DNA of 64,000 bases, taken from positions 17,972 to 81,971 of the forward strand of contig JAEWHK010000037.1 of assembly GCA_023387815.1 (NCBI GenBank), given 5' to 3'. Origin of the DNA: Pseudomonadota bacterium (GTDB lineage Bacteria; Pseudomonadota; Gammaproteobacteria; Burkholderiales; Burkholderiaceae_B). This document shows positions 1 through 9,827 of this stretch, piece after piece. Under the pieces are notes generated by a model. The model had not been told where the DNA came from. It saw nothing but the letters and a program-made list of their open reading frames with translations, and did no database searches. Made by a program: the position numbers and the translations under genes. Every line of letters starts with the position of its first letter. The stretch's first letter is position 1.

Positions 1-1
1 G

Positions 2-271
2 CTGCTTGCGGTCGAGTGCAAAACCGCAGGCCATCAGGATGCGTTAAAGAAAATGCAGTCCTTTTCACACACTGGCGCAGCGGACTCGCAGCACGCGAGG
101 CTGGCGGCCCACGATTCTACCGAAAGCTGGCTTGCGCGCCTGCAGCAGGAAGGGATTCCCTGCAGCGTTGTCGTCAGCGATCTTGCCGGCATGGCGGCCG
201 ATGCGCAGCTGTCCGGTTATCTCAATCACAAGTCTTATTCCTCAGTCAATTGTCCTTGGAGGTTCATATGA
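2..271 (+). CDS. C-terminal end of a probable CaiB/BaiF (family III) CoA transferase, PdtI-like; 5' part lies outside the window
   Basis: Frame is open from base 2 to TGA at 269-271. 'STESWLARLQQEGIPCSVV' resembles the W..L...G(I/V)P motif of family III CoA transferases. The stop overlaps the next ATG (ATGA, 268-271). Confidence 0.6.
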   Translation: MLAVECKTAGHQDALKKMQSFSHTGAADSQHARLAAHDSTESWLARLQQEGIPCSVVVSDLAGMAADAQLSGYLNHKSYSSVNCPWRFI

Positions 272-1917
272 ATTCAGCAGGTATCATCGATCTGGTTCCG
301 CAAGCACTTCGTCGCCAGTGGGCAGAGGAATCGCTTTATCCGGATAAACCTGTTTTTGAACTGTTCTGCGAGAAGGCAGACGAGACACCGGACAAGCTGG
401 CGATTCTGTCGCGCGAGCGTTCCGTGACTTATCGCGAACTGCGAGAGTCTGCGCTGCGCCTGGCAGCCGGCTTGCGCGACATTGGTATCCTGCCTGGTGA
501 TGTCGTTGCCTACCAACTGAGCAACCATTGGGTCTGCAGCGCGATTGATCTGGCCGCAGCGGCACTGGGTGCCATTGTGGCACCTTTCCCGCCAGGTCGG
601 GGCAAACTGGATATTCAGTCCCTGTTGCGTCGCTGCGATGCGCGTGTCGTGATTGTGCCGGAACGTTATGCTGACACTGCGCTGTGCGAGATCATAGAGT
701 CGCTGCGGCCAACCCTGTTGTCCCTGCGTACGCTGGTTGTACAGGGTGAAGCGCGGGAAGGATGGGTGACGCTCGATTCGCTGCTCGCCAGTGAACCCGC
801 AGAACGCGCTTCTCTGCCTGAAGTTGATCCCGATGCGCCCGTCAGGCTTCTGGTTTCGTCAGGAACAGAATCGGAACCCAAGCTGGTGGCTTACTCCCAC
901 AACGCATTGGTAGGCGGACGCGGACGTTTTCTGCAGCGAATCAATCCCGCCGATAGTGAATTTCGTGGACTATATCTGGTTCCTCTGGGATCGTCCTTTG
1001 GCTCTACGGCGACCTTTGGCGTCCTGTGCTGCCTGGGTGGATCTCTGGTTGTATTGCCACGTTTTGACGTGGCCGAGGCCATCGCGGCCATCGCGCAGTT
1101 CAGGCCGACATTCATTCTCGGGGTTCCCACCATGCTGCAACGAATAGCAGCGGATCCGGCCCTGGCAGATATAGACAAATCCAGTCTCAAGGGCCTGATT
1201 GTAGGTGGTTCGCTGATTGACGAAATGACGGTCAGGCGTTGCAGCACGGCGTTCGATTGCGGATTCATCAGTCTTTATGGTTCGGCCGATGGCGTCAACT
1301 GCCACAATTGTCTGAGCGATCCATTAGAAGTGGCGTTCAACAGCGTGGGCACGCCGAATCCGACCGTGTGCGAGATACGCATTACCAGTGATGAAGGCAA
1401 GGAAATGCCGAAAGGAGAAATCGGCGAAATCCTGGCTCGCGGCCCTTTAAGCCCGATGCAATATGTGAACGCGCCCGACCTGGACGAGAAATACCGGAAT
1501 CCGGAAGGATGGGTCAAGACGGGCGATCTGGGCTATATCAATAAGCAGGGCCATCTGGTTCTGGCCGGTCGCAAGAAAGATATCATTATCCGCGGCGGCG
1601 CCAATATCAGCCCGGTTCAGATCGAAGGTCTGGTCATGCGTCATCCCGATGTCGTGACCGTTGCGTGCGTGCCGGTTCCTGATCCGGATCTGGGTCAGCG
1701 CGTCTGCCTTTGCGTCACGGTACGCCCCGAAGCCAGCCGCTTTTCGCTCAAGGAGATTACTGATTATCTGCGTGAGCAGGGACTGGAAGTCAACAAGTTG
1801 CCAGAGTATCTGAAGTTCTACCGAAGCCTGCCACTGACGCCGGCCGGGAAAATCGACAAACGCGCGCTGGCGCTGGATGCGGCGGCCATGGTCTCACCGG
1901 AAAGGCTGTCAGCATAA
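268..1917 (+). CDS. Acyl-CoA synthetase / AMP-binding enzyme (class I adenylate-forming), PdtJ-like
   Basis: Adenylation motifs SSGTESEPK, YGSADG, TGDLG, GRKKDIIIRGGANI and terminal LPLTPAGKIDK. Start placed at ATG 268 (upstream GGAGG, overlap with previous stop) rather than the ORF-track start at 16. Confidence 0.9.
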   Translation: MNSAGIIDLVPQALRRQWAEESLYPDKPVFELFCEKADETPDKLAILSRERSVTYRELRESALRLAAGLRDIGILPGDVVAYQLSNHWVCSAIDLAAAALGAIVAPFPPGRGKLDIQSLLRRCDARVVIVPERYADTALCEIIESLRPTLLSLRTLVVQGEAREGWVTLDSLLASEPAERASLPEVDPDAPVRLLVSSGTESEPKLVAYSHNALVGGRGRFLQRINPADSEFRGLYLVPLGSSFGSTATFGVLCCLGGSLVVLPRFDVAEAIAAIAQFRPTFILGVPTMLQRIAADPALADIDKSSLKGLIVGGSLIDEMTVRRCSTAFDCGFISLYGSADGVNCHNCLSDPLEVAFNSVGTPNPTVCEIRITSDEGKEMPKGEIGEILARGPLSPMQYVNAPDLDEKYRNPEGWVKTGDLGYINKQGHLVLAGRKKDIIIRGGANISPVQIEGLVMRHPDVVTVACVPVPDPDLGQRVCLCVTVRPEASRFSLKEITDYLREQGLEVNKLPEYLKFYRSLPLTPAGKIDKRALALDAAAMVSPERLSA

Positions 1918-3143
1918 TGAATACCATGACTGAACCACTGGATAATCCGGTGGCCTATCTTTGCCAGCGTGTAAGACAGTTTGTTGATACGCAGATTATT
2001 CCCAATGAAGCGGTACTGGCTGCGGGCGACGATAAGGCGACCACGCTGGCTGCAAAACTGTCGGCGCTGGCGCGTCAGGCCGGACTGTTCGGCAGTTTTT
2101 ATCCCAGAGGGCATGGCGGCACGGTAACGCGCCTTGCCGATTACTTGCGTATTGCCGAGGAAGAGGGGCGATCCGAATTCGGGCCTGCGATTCTGGGTGC
2201 GGATGCAACGCTGGATGCCCACATGTTGTTCTGGCATGGCAGTCCCGAGGTACGTCAGCGTTACTTCGAGCCTCTGGTAAACGGTGAGGCCGTGTGCAGT
2301 TATGCGATGACCGAACCGGACAGCATCGGATCCATTCCCGATACCATACGCTCTCGTGCGCAGTGGAAAGACAAGCACTGGGTTCTGAACGGGAGAAAAT
2401 GGTTTGTTTGCCGTTCCCTGCAGGCAGATTTTGTGACGGTGGTTGCGCGCACGTCCGACAAGCCGGTAGAGCAGGGTCTGTCCATGCTAGTCGTACCCGC
2501 CGACGCAGAAGGTTTCGAACGGGTGCGGGCACTTCCGGTACTCGGGCGTGACCAGGGGCAGGGAGAAGTGTCCTTTACCAATGTGGTGGTGCCCGCCGAT
2601 CATGTTCTGGGCGTACCGGGGCACGGCATTAGCATGATGCAGCAACGGCTGGGTCTGGGCCGTATCCTGCGCTCCTGCCAGTGGCTGGGGATGGCGCAGC
2701 GAAGCTTTGAGCTGATGTGTGAACGTATTCATTCGCCCCGCGGTGTGATGGCCCGGTTGCCGGAAAAGCAGCTGGTTCGCGCCCGCGTCTGCGATGTTTA
2801 CCGTCACCTTGCCGCGGCACGGGCACTGTTGCTGGATGCTGCGCAAAAATTTGATGACCGCATCCCGAATTCGGTTGAAGTCAATGTGGCCAAGCTTGCT
2901 GCCGCAGATGCATTCAGCGTGGCCACCGACAACGGCATTCAGATCATGGGAGCCGAAGGTCTGAGCGACTGGACACCTTTGTCGGGCTTATATCGGCACG
3001 CCCGGGCGACGCATATTCTGGACGGTACTGATGATGCCCTCACCAGTTCCGTGGGGCGAACCATCCTGGACAACAGTCGTAATCCGTCCGCGTTTGATAG
3101 CCATTTTCCCTCTGTCCTGAGAAAGGCAGGCGCTCATGACTGA
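1917..3143 (+). CDS. Acyl-CoA dehydrogenase family protein, PdtO-like
   Basis: Motifs YAMTEPD, WVLNGRKWF, IQIMGAEG and HILDGTD. TAATG overlap with the ligase stop. Confidence 0.9.
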   Translation: MNTMTEPLDNPVAYLCQRVRQFVDTQIIPNEAVLAAGDDKATTLAAKLSALARQAGLFGSFYPRGHGGTVTRLADYLRIAEEEGRSEFGPAILGADATLDAHMLFWHGSPEVRQRYFEPLVNGEAVCSYAMTEPDSIGSIPDTIRSRAQWKDKHWVLNGRKWFVCRSLQADFVTVVARTSDKPVEQGLSMLVVPADAEGFERVRALPVLGRDQGQGEVSFTNVVVPADHVLGVPGHGISMMQQRLGLGRILRSCQWLGMAQRSFELMCERIHSPRGVMARLPEKQLVRARVCDVYRHLAAARALLLDAAQKFDDRIPNSVEVNVAKLAAADAFSVATDNGIQIMGAEGLSDWTPLSGLYRHARATHILDGTDDALTSSVGRTILDNSRNPSAFDSHFPSVLRKAGAHD

Positions 3144-4335
3144 AAGTGTCAGAAGCCCGCTTTCTACACCAGAGATTGCCAGTGTTCTGACGCTTGCAAT
3201 GGGCATGCCGATGATGGTTTTTTATGGCATTGGCGTACTGGGCCCGCAATTGATTCGGGATCTGGGATTGTCGCAGAGTGAGCTTGCCTGGCTGACCACG
3301 TCCTCTTTTGGTGTCGCTGCTCTGGTATCGCCCTGGGCGGGTGAAGCCGTGCAGCATCTGGGCATGAAAAAAGGGTTGATGGGCCTGTTCCTGCTGGTTG
3401 GCATTTCATTTTTCCTGATGGCCGTTCTGCCCGGTTTCCTGGGTCTGGTGCTGGCCATGCTGCTTTGCGGACTGGCGCAGTCGCTGGCCAATCCTGCCAC
3501 CAATATGGCCATTGCCAAACTGGTTCCTGCCGGCAGAAAGCCCACCATGGTCGGGATCAAGCAGTCGGGTGTGCAGATTTCTGCCCTTGTGGCCGGACTT
3601 GTCCTGCCCTTTTTCGCCTTGTGGATAGGGTGGCGTGGCGCATTGGCGATCTGGGTGCCGCTGGCGCTTGGTATGCTGCTACTGGTCAGACGCAGAATTC
3701 CGGCAGCGGACACCGTTGCGACAGGCCTCAGGCTATCGAACCTGACCCGTCCAAACACATTGCTGGCATTGCTGATGGTCATTCAGTTGTGCGCCGGCCT
3801 GACACTGTCCGCCTACATCACTTTTTTTGGCGTGTACGCACACGAACTGGGTATTTCTGCAAGAATGACCGGCACCATGGTCAGCGTTTTCGGTGTCATG
3901 GGTATCGTATCCCGCATCGGACTGACTCCACTGGGCAGTCGCTTGCGCGATGAAGCCCAGTTACTGGCTGTCCTGTTCATCCTTGCCAGTCTGGCCGTGT
4001 ATGTGTCGTCACTGGCGACGCCCAGTCAGCATTTTCCTTTATGGCTGGGTATTGTGGGGCTGGGGCTGACGGCGGTGGCAACCAATGCGATTGCCATGAG
4101 TATGCTGATGCGTGACGAACGCTTCGGCAAAGTGGCGCCATCGGCCGGTATGTTGTCTGTCGGTTTTTTTGGTGGCTTTGCCCTGGGTCCGCCGTTATTC
4201 GGCCTGTTGCTGTCTTCACCCCAGGGCTTTGGCGTTGCCTGGTTTTTTCTGATGGGCACTGCCATGTCGGGCGCCATTCTGTCTCTGGTGTTGTGTCGCA
4301 TCCGCGCCCGTGGTTGTTCCAATGACGTCCGCTGA
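3136..4335 (+). CDS. MFS transporter, possible exporter (PdtN-like)
   Basis: 399 aa with about 12 hydrophobic segments, MFS-like organisation and a GIKQSGVQ motif. Overlaps the upstream gene by 8 nt. Confidence 0.85.
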   Translation: MTESVRSPLSTPEIASVLTLAMGMPMMVFYGIGVLGPQLIRDLGLSQSELAWLTTSSFGVAALVSPWAGEAVQHLGMKKGLMGLFLLVGISFFLMAVLPGFLGLVLAMLLCGLAQSLANPATNMAIAKLVPAGRKPTMVGIKQSGVQISALVAGLVLPFFALWIGWRGALAIWVPLALGMLLLVRRRIPAADTVATGLRLSNLTRPNTLLALLMVIQLCAGLTLSAYITFFGVYAHELGISARMTGTMVSVFGVMGIVSRIGLTPLGSRLRDEAQLLAVLFILASLAVYVSSLATPSQHFPLWLGIVGLGLTAVATNAIAMSMLMRDERFGKVAPSAGMLSVGFFGGFALGPPLFGLLLSSPQGFGVAWFFLMGTAMSGAILSLVLCRIRARGCSNDVR

Positions 4336-5395
4336 TACGCTGGCACTGACCGGGGAACGTCGCAAGCTTGCACAGCGCGTTTTCCGGCATATGGATGAGA
4401 TCGCGGGACATTGCGGTTCCCGGTTCCCGTTATTTTTGCGTTCCCATGATGCGTGCTGGAAATTATCCACCCGGGGATCATGGATGGGGGGATTCTGGGC
4501 CGCCCTTTGGTGGCGTCGTGCAACCGCACTGAACAGTACGGACGCCTATGCCACGGCACGTCAATGGACTGTACAGCTTCAACCCATGCTCGTTGAAGAC
4601 AGTGTCAATCGCGGTTTTGTTTTCTGGTATGGGGCGGGCATCGCCTATGAATCCGAACCGGATCCTGTGTGGAAGCTGCTGTCAGCTAAAGCGTGTGCGC
4701 AATTGGGCGCCGCATTCGATGAGGCATTGCGTATCTATCCGCTGGGGCAGGGGATGGGCGCGGGACCGGCAGGAAATCATCTGTTGAACGTGGATTCGCT
4801 TGCCGGCCTGCTGCAATTGATGAATCACCACGGAAACCCGGAAGATCAGGCTTGTGTCAAAGCGCATCTTGACACCTGCGTTGGCCGATTGATGCAGGAT
4901 AGTGGAATGTGGTACAGCCAGATCAGCCTGGCCGCTGATCGTGCCTCTGAGGAGCACACAGGGGTGAGTTCAGCACGTGGCCAGGCCTGGGCGATGCTGG
5001 GTCTGGCGCAGGCTGTCAAATACTATGGTGAGCCCTATCTGGCAGCAGCACTGCAGACCTGCAGATGGTGGGTGGAGCAGCAGACTGCCGAACCTGTCAT
5101 GTCCAGAGGGTCGGAGCAGTCTGCCACGCCCGAGGCTGTTCCATTAGCGGATCCCTGCGCATCGGCAATTGCCTGCGTGGCGCTAGGGCAGATGCACGTT
5201 CACGCAAAAGGGCACGAATGGCTGCGGGCGGCGGCACAACGCGAAAGGGTCCGGCTCGTGAGATCATGCTTCAGCGGATATGGCCTCTTTGCCGGTCATC
5301 TCTATTCGATTGGCCCTGAAGAAGAACAGATTGTCGAAACGCCATGCTCTCTTTATTTCCTGCTCGAAGCAATCATGGCAGACGAGAGGGACTGA
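4322..5395 (+). CDS. Divergent unsaturated glucuronyl hydrolase-like (GH88, (alpha/alpha)6 barrel) protein
   Basis: GH88-like motifs WMGGFWAALWW, RGF, NVD, ARGQAWAMLG and DPCASAIA. ATG 4322 overlaps the end of the MFS gene. Confidence 0.65.
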   Translation: MTSADTLALTGERRKLAQRVFRHMDEIAGHCGSRFPLFLRSHDACWKLSTRGSWMGGFWAALWWRRATALNSTDAYATARQWTVQLQPMLVEDSVNRGFVFWYGAGIAYESEPDPVWKLLSAKACAQLGAAFDEALRIYPLGQGMGAGPAGNHLLNVDSLAGLLQLMNHHGNPEDQACVKAHLDTCVGRLMQDSGMWYSQISLAADRASEEHTGVSSARGQAWAMLGLAQAVKYYGEPYLAAALQTCRWWVEQQTAEPVMSRGSEQSATPEAVPLADPCASAIACVALGQMHVHAKGHEWLRAAAQRERVRLVRSCFSGYGLFAGHLYSIGPEEEQIVETPCSLYFLLEAIMADERD

Positions 5396-6660
5396 CGCCA
5401 TGTTGTGGTTATCCAGGCAATGATCAGCGCGCCCGTGACAAGCGCGCCCAGCATGCCGGCATAGCCGGTACGGTCGATCAGGATACCTGCGATGGCGGGT
5501 ACCAGCGTTCTGGTCAGAATAAACAGGCTTGACTGTATACCGTAATCCAGCGCCTGCAGACCGGGGCGAACAAAATACATCATGACGCCAAAGACCAGAC
5601 CGGATGCTGCACCTACGGCGATCGCGAGCAGGAATGCCGCGCCCACCAATGCGCCTGCCGGCGCGCCGGTGGCAACCAGCAGCAGGATCAGCAGCAGCGT
5701 TGCGACATTGAGCCATGCAAAACCAGGCAGCATCCGTGTCATTCCGTATCGCTTTGTCAATCTTGCGGCCACCAGACTGGCAAGTGCCGACAGGATACCA
5801 CCGGCAATACCGACGATCATCGCAATCTTTCCGGCCGACAGACCGCTGTCAAGCAACAAGGGTTTCAGGTAAACCCACGCAGCGCCAACGAAGGGGAAAT
5901 AAAACAGCATCAGGATGGCCCATTTGCCATGTCCGGGAAGGCGGAAATACGCCTGCCAGGTGCGCCAGCCAGTGCGGCCGGGTGCCCGTTGCCCGGGAGT
6001 GCCGGAGACGGGCTGAAGACGTTGGAAGGCAAGCAGAATGAAGCCCGATGCGATGGCCACGGCCATCACCTGCAAAGGCACGGCCCAGCCATGACGACTA
6101 TATAAAAAAAGCATGATGCCGCCACCGGCAATCGCGCCCAGCGACGTTGCTGCAGAACGGATTGCGCCGGCGCGCAGCCTTTCTGATTCCGGCAAATATC
6201 GAATCGCCAGCGAATTGACCGGTACGTCGGTCCAGGTACCCATCAGGTTGATGCTCAGCGCCAGCATGAACAGAACCGACCAGGGTGTCGTCTGCAGCGT
6301 GATGCCGGAGAACAACAGCAAGAGGAGGGCATAGATCAGTGCAAGAAGCATTCCCCAGCGACGGTAGCCTGTTTTCCCCAGGGGGTATCGGTCAACAGGT
6401 GCGGCAAGAAGAAACTTGAGAATGGCAGGCAGACCGGCAAGTTGCAACAGACCGATATCCGTTGCGGACCAGCCATGCTGACGCAGCACCAGAGGCAGAC
6501 CGACGTAAAGATAAACGACTGGCGCAGTCAGGGTCAGATTGATCCAGCCAAGCAACAGTTGCAACCGCAGATATCCTGATTGCGCAATACTGGATTCAAC
6601 ACCTGCGCTGTGGGTCCCGCCATGCATCTGTGTTTCCGTTGCGGACATCGGGCTGGTCAT
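5353..6660 (-). CDS. AmpG/RhtX/FptX-family MFS siderophore permease (PdtE-like)
   Basis: GLPLVLRQHG...GLLQLAGLPAILKFLLAAPVDR and TWTDVPVNSLAI match the AmpG-family pattern. Last gene of the TonB receptor operon. Confidence 0.85.
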   Translation of the reverse strand: MTSPMSATETQMHGGTHSAGVESSIAQSGYLRLQLLLGWINLTLTAPVVYLYVGLPLVLRQHGWSATDIGLLQLAGLPAILKFLLAAPVDRYPLGKTGYRRWGMLLALIYALLLLLFSGITLQTTPWSVLFMLALSINLMGTWTDVPVNSLAIRYLPESERLRAGAIRSAATSLGAIAGGGIMLFLYSRHGWAVPLQVMAVAIASGFILLAFQRLQPVSGTPGQRAPGRTGWRTWQAYFRLPGHGKWAILMLFYFPFVGAAWVYLKPLLLDSGLSAGKIAMIVGIAGGILSALASLVAARLTKRYGMTRMLPGFAWLNVATLLLILLLVATGAPAGALVGAAFLLAIAVGAASGLVFGVMMYFVRPGLQALDYGIQSSLFILTRTLVPAIAGILIDRTGYAGMLGALVTGALIIAWITTTWRQSLSSAMIASSRK

Positions 6661-7697
6661 GGTTTGGTTCCTTTATAAAGCCAGACGGGCGTCATGGGAA
6701 AAGCGATTTCGCCCAGCGACTGGATTTGAGTAAAGCCGGCATCGGCAAGCAGCCTGCGCATCTGGTCCTGCGCCGGAATAAAACGTCCACGCAACATCAT
6801 GGACGCATAAAAGGGCAGCACGCGGGATGCGACCCCTGCATCGCGCGGAACTTCAGCATGGGCAATGTAAAGTCTGCCGTTGCTGTTGAGCGCCGCGAAC
6901 ATTTTCTGCAGGGTTGCCCTGGGATCACGCAGGAAATGCAGTACGCAGGAACACCAGATGAGGTCGTAACCGCTGCCAATCTCATCCACTTCAAGATCGG
7001 CAGACTGCACGCTGATTCTGTCTGCCAGGCCGGCATTCGCTATCGTGGTTTTGGCGACCGCGGCGATGGCGGGCAGATCACAGACGGTTCCTGTCCATTG
7101 CGGCAAATGGCGGGCAAAGGCAATACCAATATGTCCAGGTCCGCCACCCAGATCCAGAAACCGGCCTTTGGCAGGAAGCGACGAAGCCAGTTGCATACGT
7201 TTCAGGATCGACGGGACGCTGACGGCCCGCTGCTCCTGACTGATTTGTTGTTCGGCCGCTGTGGCCCAGTTGGTCTGCGTGGCTTCTCCGCCCTGCATGA
7301 TTCGATCGCTGCGGCCGAACCGCAGGAAATCTTCGAACTGGGTGCCCGCGTGGCGCAATACGCGCAGACGATAGTTCAGTGCCATCCTGCAATCCTCAGG
7401 CGAGGAGGACACCAGATACCGTCTTGCCAGGTCGGTACATGCGTACTTCCTGGCCTCGGGCCTGGTCTGCTCGGGTTCATCCCTGAACAGCAGTGACATG
7501 CTCCACAAGAGATCGAACCAGACCGATACGGGGCCCGTTTTCATGTCCAGGACATCGGCAATTTCATCCACAGACTTTTCCGTCTGCAGATGATCGAAGA
7601 GGTTATGACTCAGCGCCAGTTCCAGGGCACTGGCCTGTACCGGTGCGGCAGCAATATTCCAAAACGCCTGGAGCGCGTGCGGGCTTGAAAAATTCAT
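6657..7697 (-). CDS. SAM-dependent methyltransferase with N-terminal dimerisation helices (PdtP-like)
   Basis: SAM motif FLDLGGGPG and YDLIWCSCVLHF. ATGA overlap with the permease start. Confidence 0.88.
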   Translation of the reverse strand: MNFSSPHALQAFWNIAAAPVQASALELALSHNLFDHLQTEKSVDEIADVLDMKTGPVSVWFDLLWSMSLLFRDEPEQTRPEARKYACTDLARRYLVSSSPEDCRMALNYRLRVLRHAGTQFEDFLRFGRSDRIMQGGEATQTNWATAAEQQISQEQRAVSVPSILKRMQLASSLPAKGRFLDLGGGPGHIGIAFARHLPQWTGTVCDLPAIAAVAKTTIANAGLADRISVQSADLEVDEIGSGYDLIWCSCVLHFLRDPRATLQKMFAALNSNGRLYIAHAEVPRDAGVASRVLPFYASMMLRGRFIPAQDQMRRLLADAGFTQIQSLGEIAFPMTPVWLYKGTKP

Positions 7698-7709
7698 TCT
7701 TTTCCTTAT

Positions 7710-9776
7710 TCAAAGACGCCACGTGAGCCGCATGCCCACTTCTCTTGGCGGGCTGTAGACGGTCACAAAACCATTCTGGTAGCCGACGGCATCGTATTTT
7801 TTATTGGCAGCGTTCTTGACGTATGCGGCCACTTCCCAGTTTTTGCCCGCATAGCCGGCTGTGAGATTGATCAGCCCGTAGCCGTTACGTTTGTAGTTGT
7901 TGGCTGCATCCAGATAGACTTTGCCGGTTCCCACCAGGTCCGCCTGTGCGTACCAGCCTTTTGAAGAGGTGTAGCGGATGCCTGCGTGACCGCTAAGGTC
8001 GGGCGCGAACGGGTTGCGCTTGCCGGCATAATCGGCACCACTGTCTGCGAAGCGATTAAAGCGGGTGCGGTTCCAGGCCAGACCCGCATTCACACGCCAG
8101 CCTGGCGCCACCAGGTAATCGACGTCCAGCTCCACCCCTTTTGAATCTGCAGAGGCGGCACTGGTGATATACATCATGCCGGGTGATGGCATCTGCATCA
8201 CCTGCATGTTTTTCACGTTCATGAAATACGCCGCCAGCGAATACCGGCCCCGCTGATTATCAAACGAGCCCTTCAGCCCCGTCTCATACGACAGGGTTCG
8301 TTCCGGACTGTAAGGCATGAAATCGACTGCCGGCGACACGACATTGAAGCCGCCGGTACGGACCCCTTTGGCGACGCTGACATACCACTGATGATTCGGG
8401 CTGTACTGATACTGCAGTGCGAGCCTGGGTGAAAAATGGGTCCAGCCCTCGCTCATCTTCTGGCCTGCCGGCGTTCGTATGGAGACGTTGTTACGCTCAA
8501 GACGTCCGCCCAGCGAGACGCTCCAGGCATCGTTCAGCGGCACGTTCCAGTTGGTGAACAAAGCAAGAGAACTGCCTTTTTGTCCGACGTTCAGATTACT
8601 GCTGCCGTTCATCAGCTTCGATATATTCACGACATCATTGTCCTGCTTATCCGCAAAGACACCCACCAGCCAGTCTGACTTGCCGGCCTTGCCCTCCAGG
8701 CGAAATTCCTGGGACAAGGTGCGAAAATGATGATCACGCCCAACATGCAGCACATCGGGCGGCATGAAGTCTGTATCCTGCTGCACCCGGTCACGATAGT
8801 CGTTATAGGCGGTAATGGAACGCAGCGTGAGGCCAGAGTTCAATTCGTGCGAAGCATTCAGGGAAAGGGTCTGGCCGCGCGAACGGTTCCAGCCTTTCGT
8901 TCCGGAAGCCACGGTTTTTCTTTCGGCAGTCGGACTGCCCCACAGAGCGGACCCATCGTGAAACTCCTGGCGGGAATAGCGCAGCGTGATATCGGTCGCG
9001 GGCGAGGGTGTCCAGCGCAGACCCAGGTTCAGATTGCCGCGTTCCCTGCGGTCGTCTTTTCTGTCCGTGTAGGTATTCCGGATGAATCCATCCTGTGCCG
9101 ACCAGCTGCCCGAAATGGAGCCATATAACGTGTCTTCGATAATCGGCTGGCTCAGGGTAAAGCTGCCGCTGCGTTTTGAACGACTGCCAAACTCGCCGGA
9201 AATGGCGGCTCTTGGCGTGTTGTCCATGGGCTGGGTATGTATTGAAACCACCCCGGCCTCGGCGTTGCGTCCGTAAAGTGTGGATTGAGGACCGCGCAGC
9301 ACTTCAATACGGTCAATATCCAGAAAACTGTTTTCAAAGCCTTGTGCGGTCAGCGTGGGGACTCCATCAACAAGCATCAGCACAGAGGTGGAAAAGGTAT
9401 TGAAATTTGCGGTCAGGCCGCGCATAACCGGCGAGTTCAGGCCCGACTGTCCAAAGGGTTGAAAGGACAGACCGGGTACGCGCCCCTCGAGCTCTTCCAT
9501 GCGCTGGATGCCGGCCTGTTCAATATCCAGTCCATCCAGAACAGCAACACTGGCCGGCACCTTCTCCAGGGACTGGCTGACTTTTTCTGCGGTGACGGTG
9601 ATGGGCGCCAGTCGGGCTGGCTGTTCTTCCTGTGACTGCCCGACGGCTTGAGTGGTTTGAATGGCTTCAGTGGTTTGCGCGCAAGCCGGTACGTATACCG
9701 ACCATCCCGTTAGCGCGGCCAGGGCCAGTGTACCGACCCCGCGATAATACATTTCTTTTTTTTCCATGATACGCAT
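7710..9776 (-). CDS. TonB-dependent outer-membrane receptor (FyuA/PdtK-like)
   Basis: Signal peptide, TonB-box-like ITVTAEK, plug motif IDRIEVLRGPQSTLYGRNAEAG, amphipathic beta strands and C-terminal PREVGMRLTWRL. Exact start uncertain (9782/9776/9767). Confidence 0.93.
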   Translation of the reverse strand: MRIMEKKEMYYRGVGTLALAALTGWSVYVPACAQTTEAIQTTQAVGQSQEEQPARLAPITVTAEKVSQSLEKVPASVAVLDGLDIEQAGIQRMEELEGRVPGLSFQPFGQSGLNSPVMRGLTANFNTFSTSVLMLVDGVPTLTAQGFENSFLDIDRIEVLRGPQSTLYGRNAEAGVVSIHTQPMDNTPRAAISGEFGSRSKRSGSFTLSQPIIEDTLYGSISGSWSAQDGFIRNTYTDRKDDRRERGNLNLGLRWTPSPATDITLRYSRQEFHDGSALWGSPTAERKTVASGTKGWNRSRGQTLSLNASHELNSGLTLRSITAYNDYRDRVQQDTDFMPPDVLHVGRDHHFRTLSQEFRLEGKAGKSDWLVGVFADKQDNDVVNISKLMNGSSNLNVGQKGSSLALFTNWNVPLNDAWSVSLGGRLERNNVSIRTPAGQKMSEGWTHFSPRLALQYQYSPNHQWYVSVAKGVRTGGFNVVSPAVDFMPYSPERTLSYETGLKGSFDNQRGRYSLAAYFMNVKNMQVMQMPSPGMMYITSAASADSKGVELDVDYLVAPGWRVNAGLAWNRTRFNRFADSGADYAGKRNPFAPDLSGHAGIRYTSSKGWYAQADLVGTGKVYLDAANNYKRNGYGLINLTAGYAGKNWEVAAYVKNAANKKYDAVGYQNGFVTVYSPPREVGMRLTWRL

Positions 9777-9827
9777 AAACAATTAACGTTCCAGTGACTG
9801 TTGTCATCAGACTGAAATTGTAGGTTT

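Noticed and set aside
16..267. 84-aa N-terminal extension of the acyl-CoA ligase in the ORF track
   Set aside because: It overlaps the upstream CoA-transferase-like frame. ATG 268 has an RBS and an ATGA coupling, so it is the better start.
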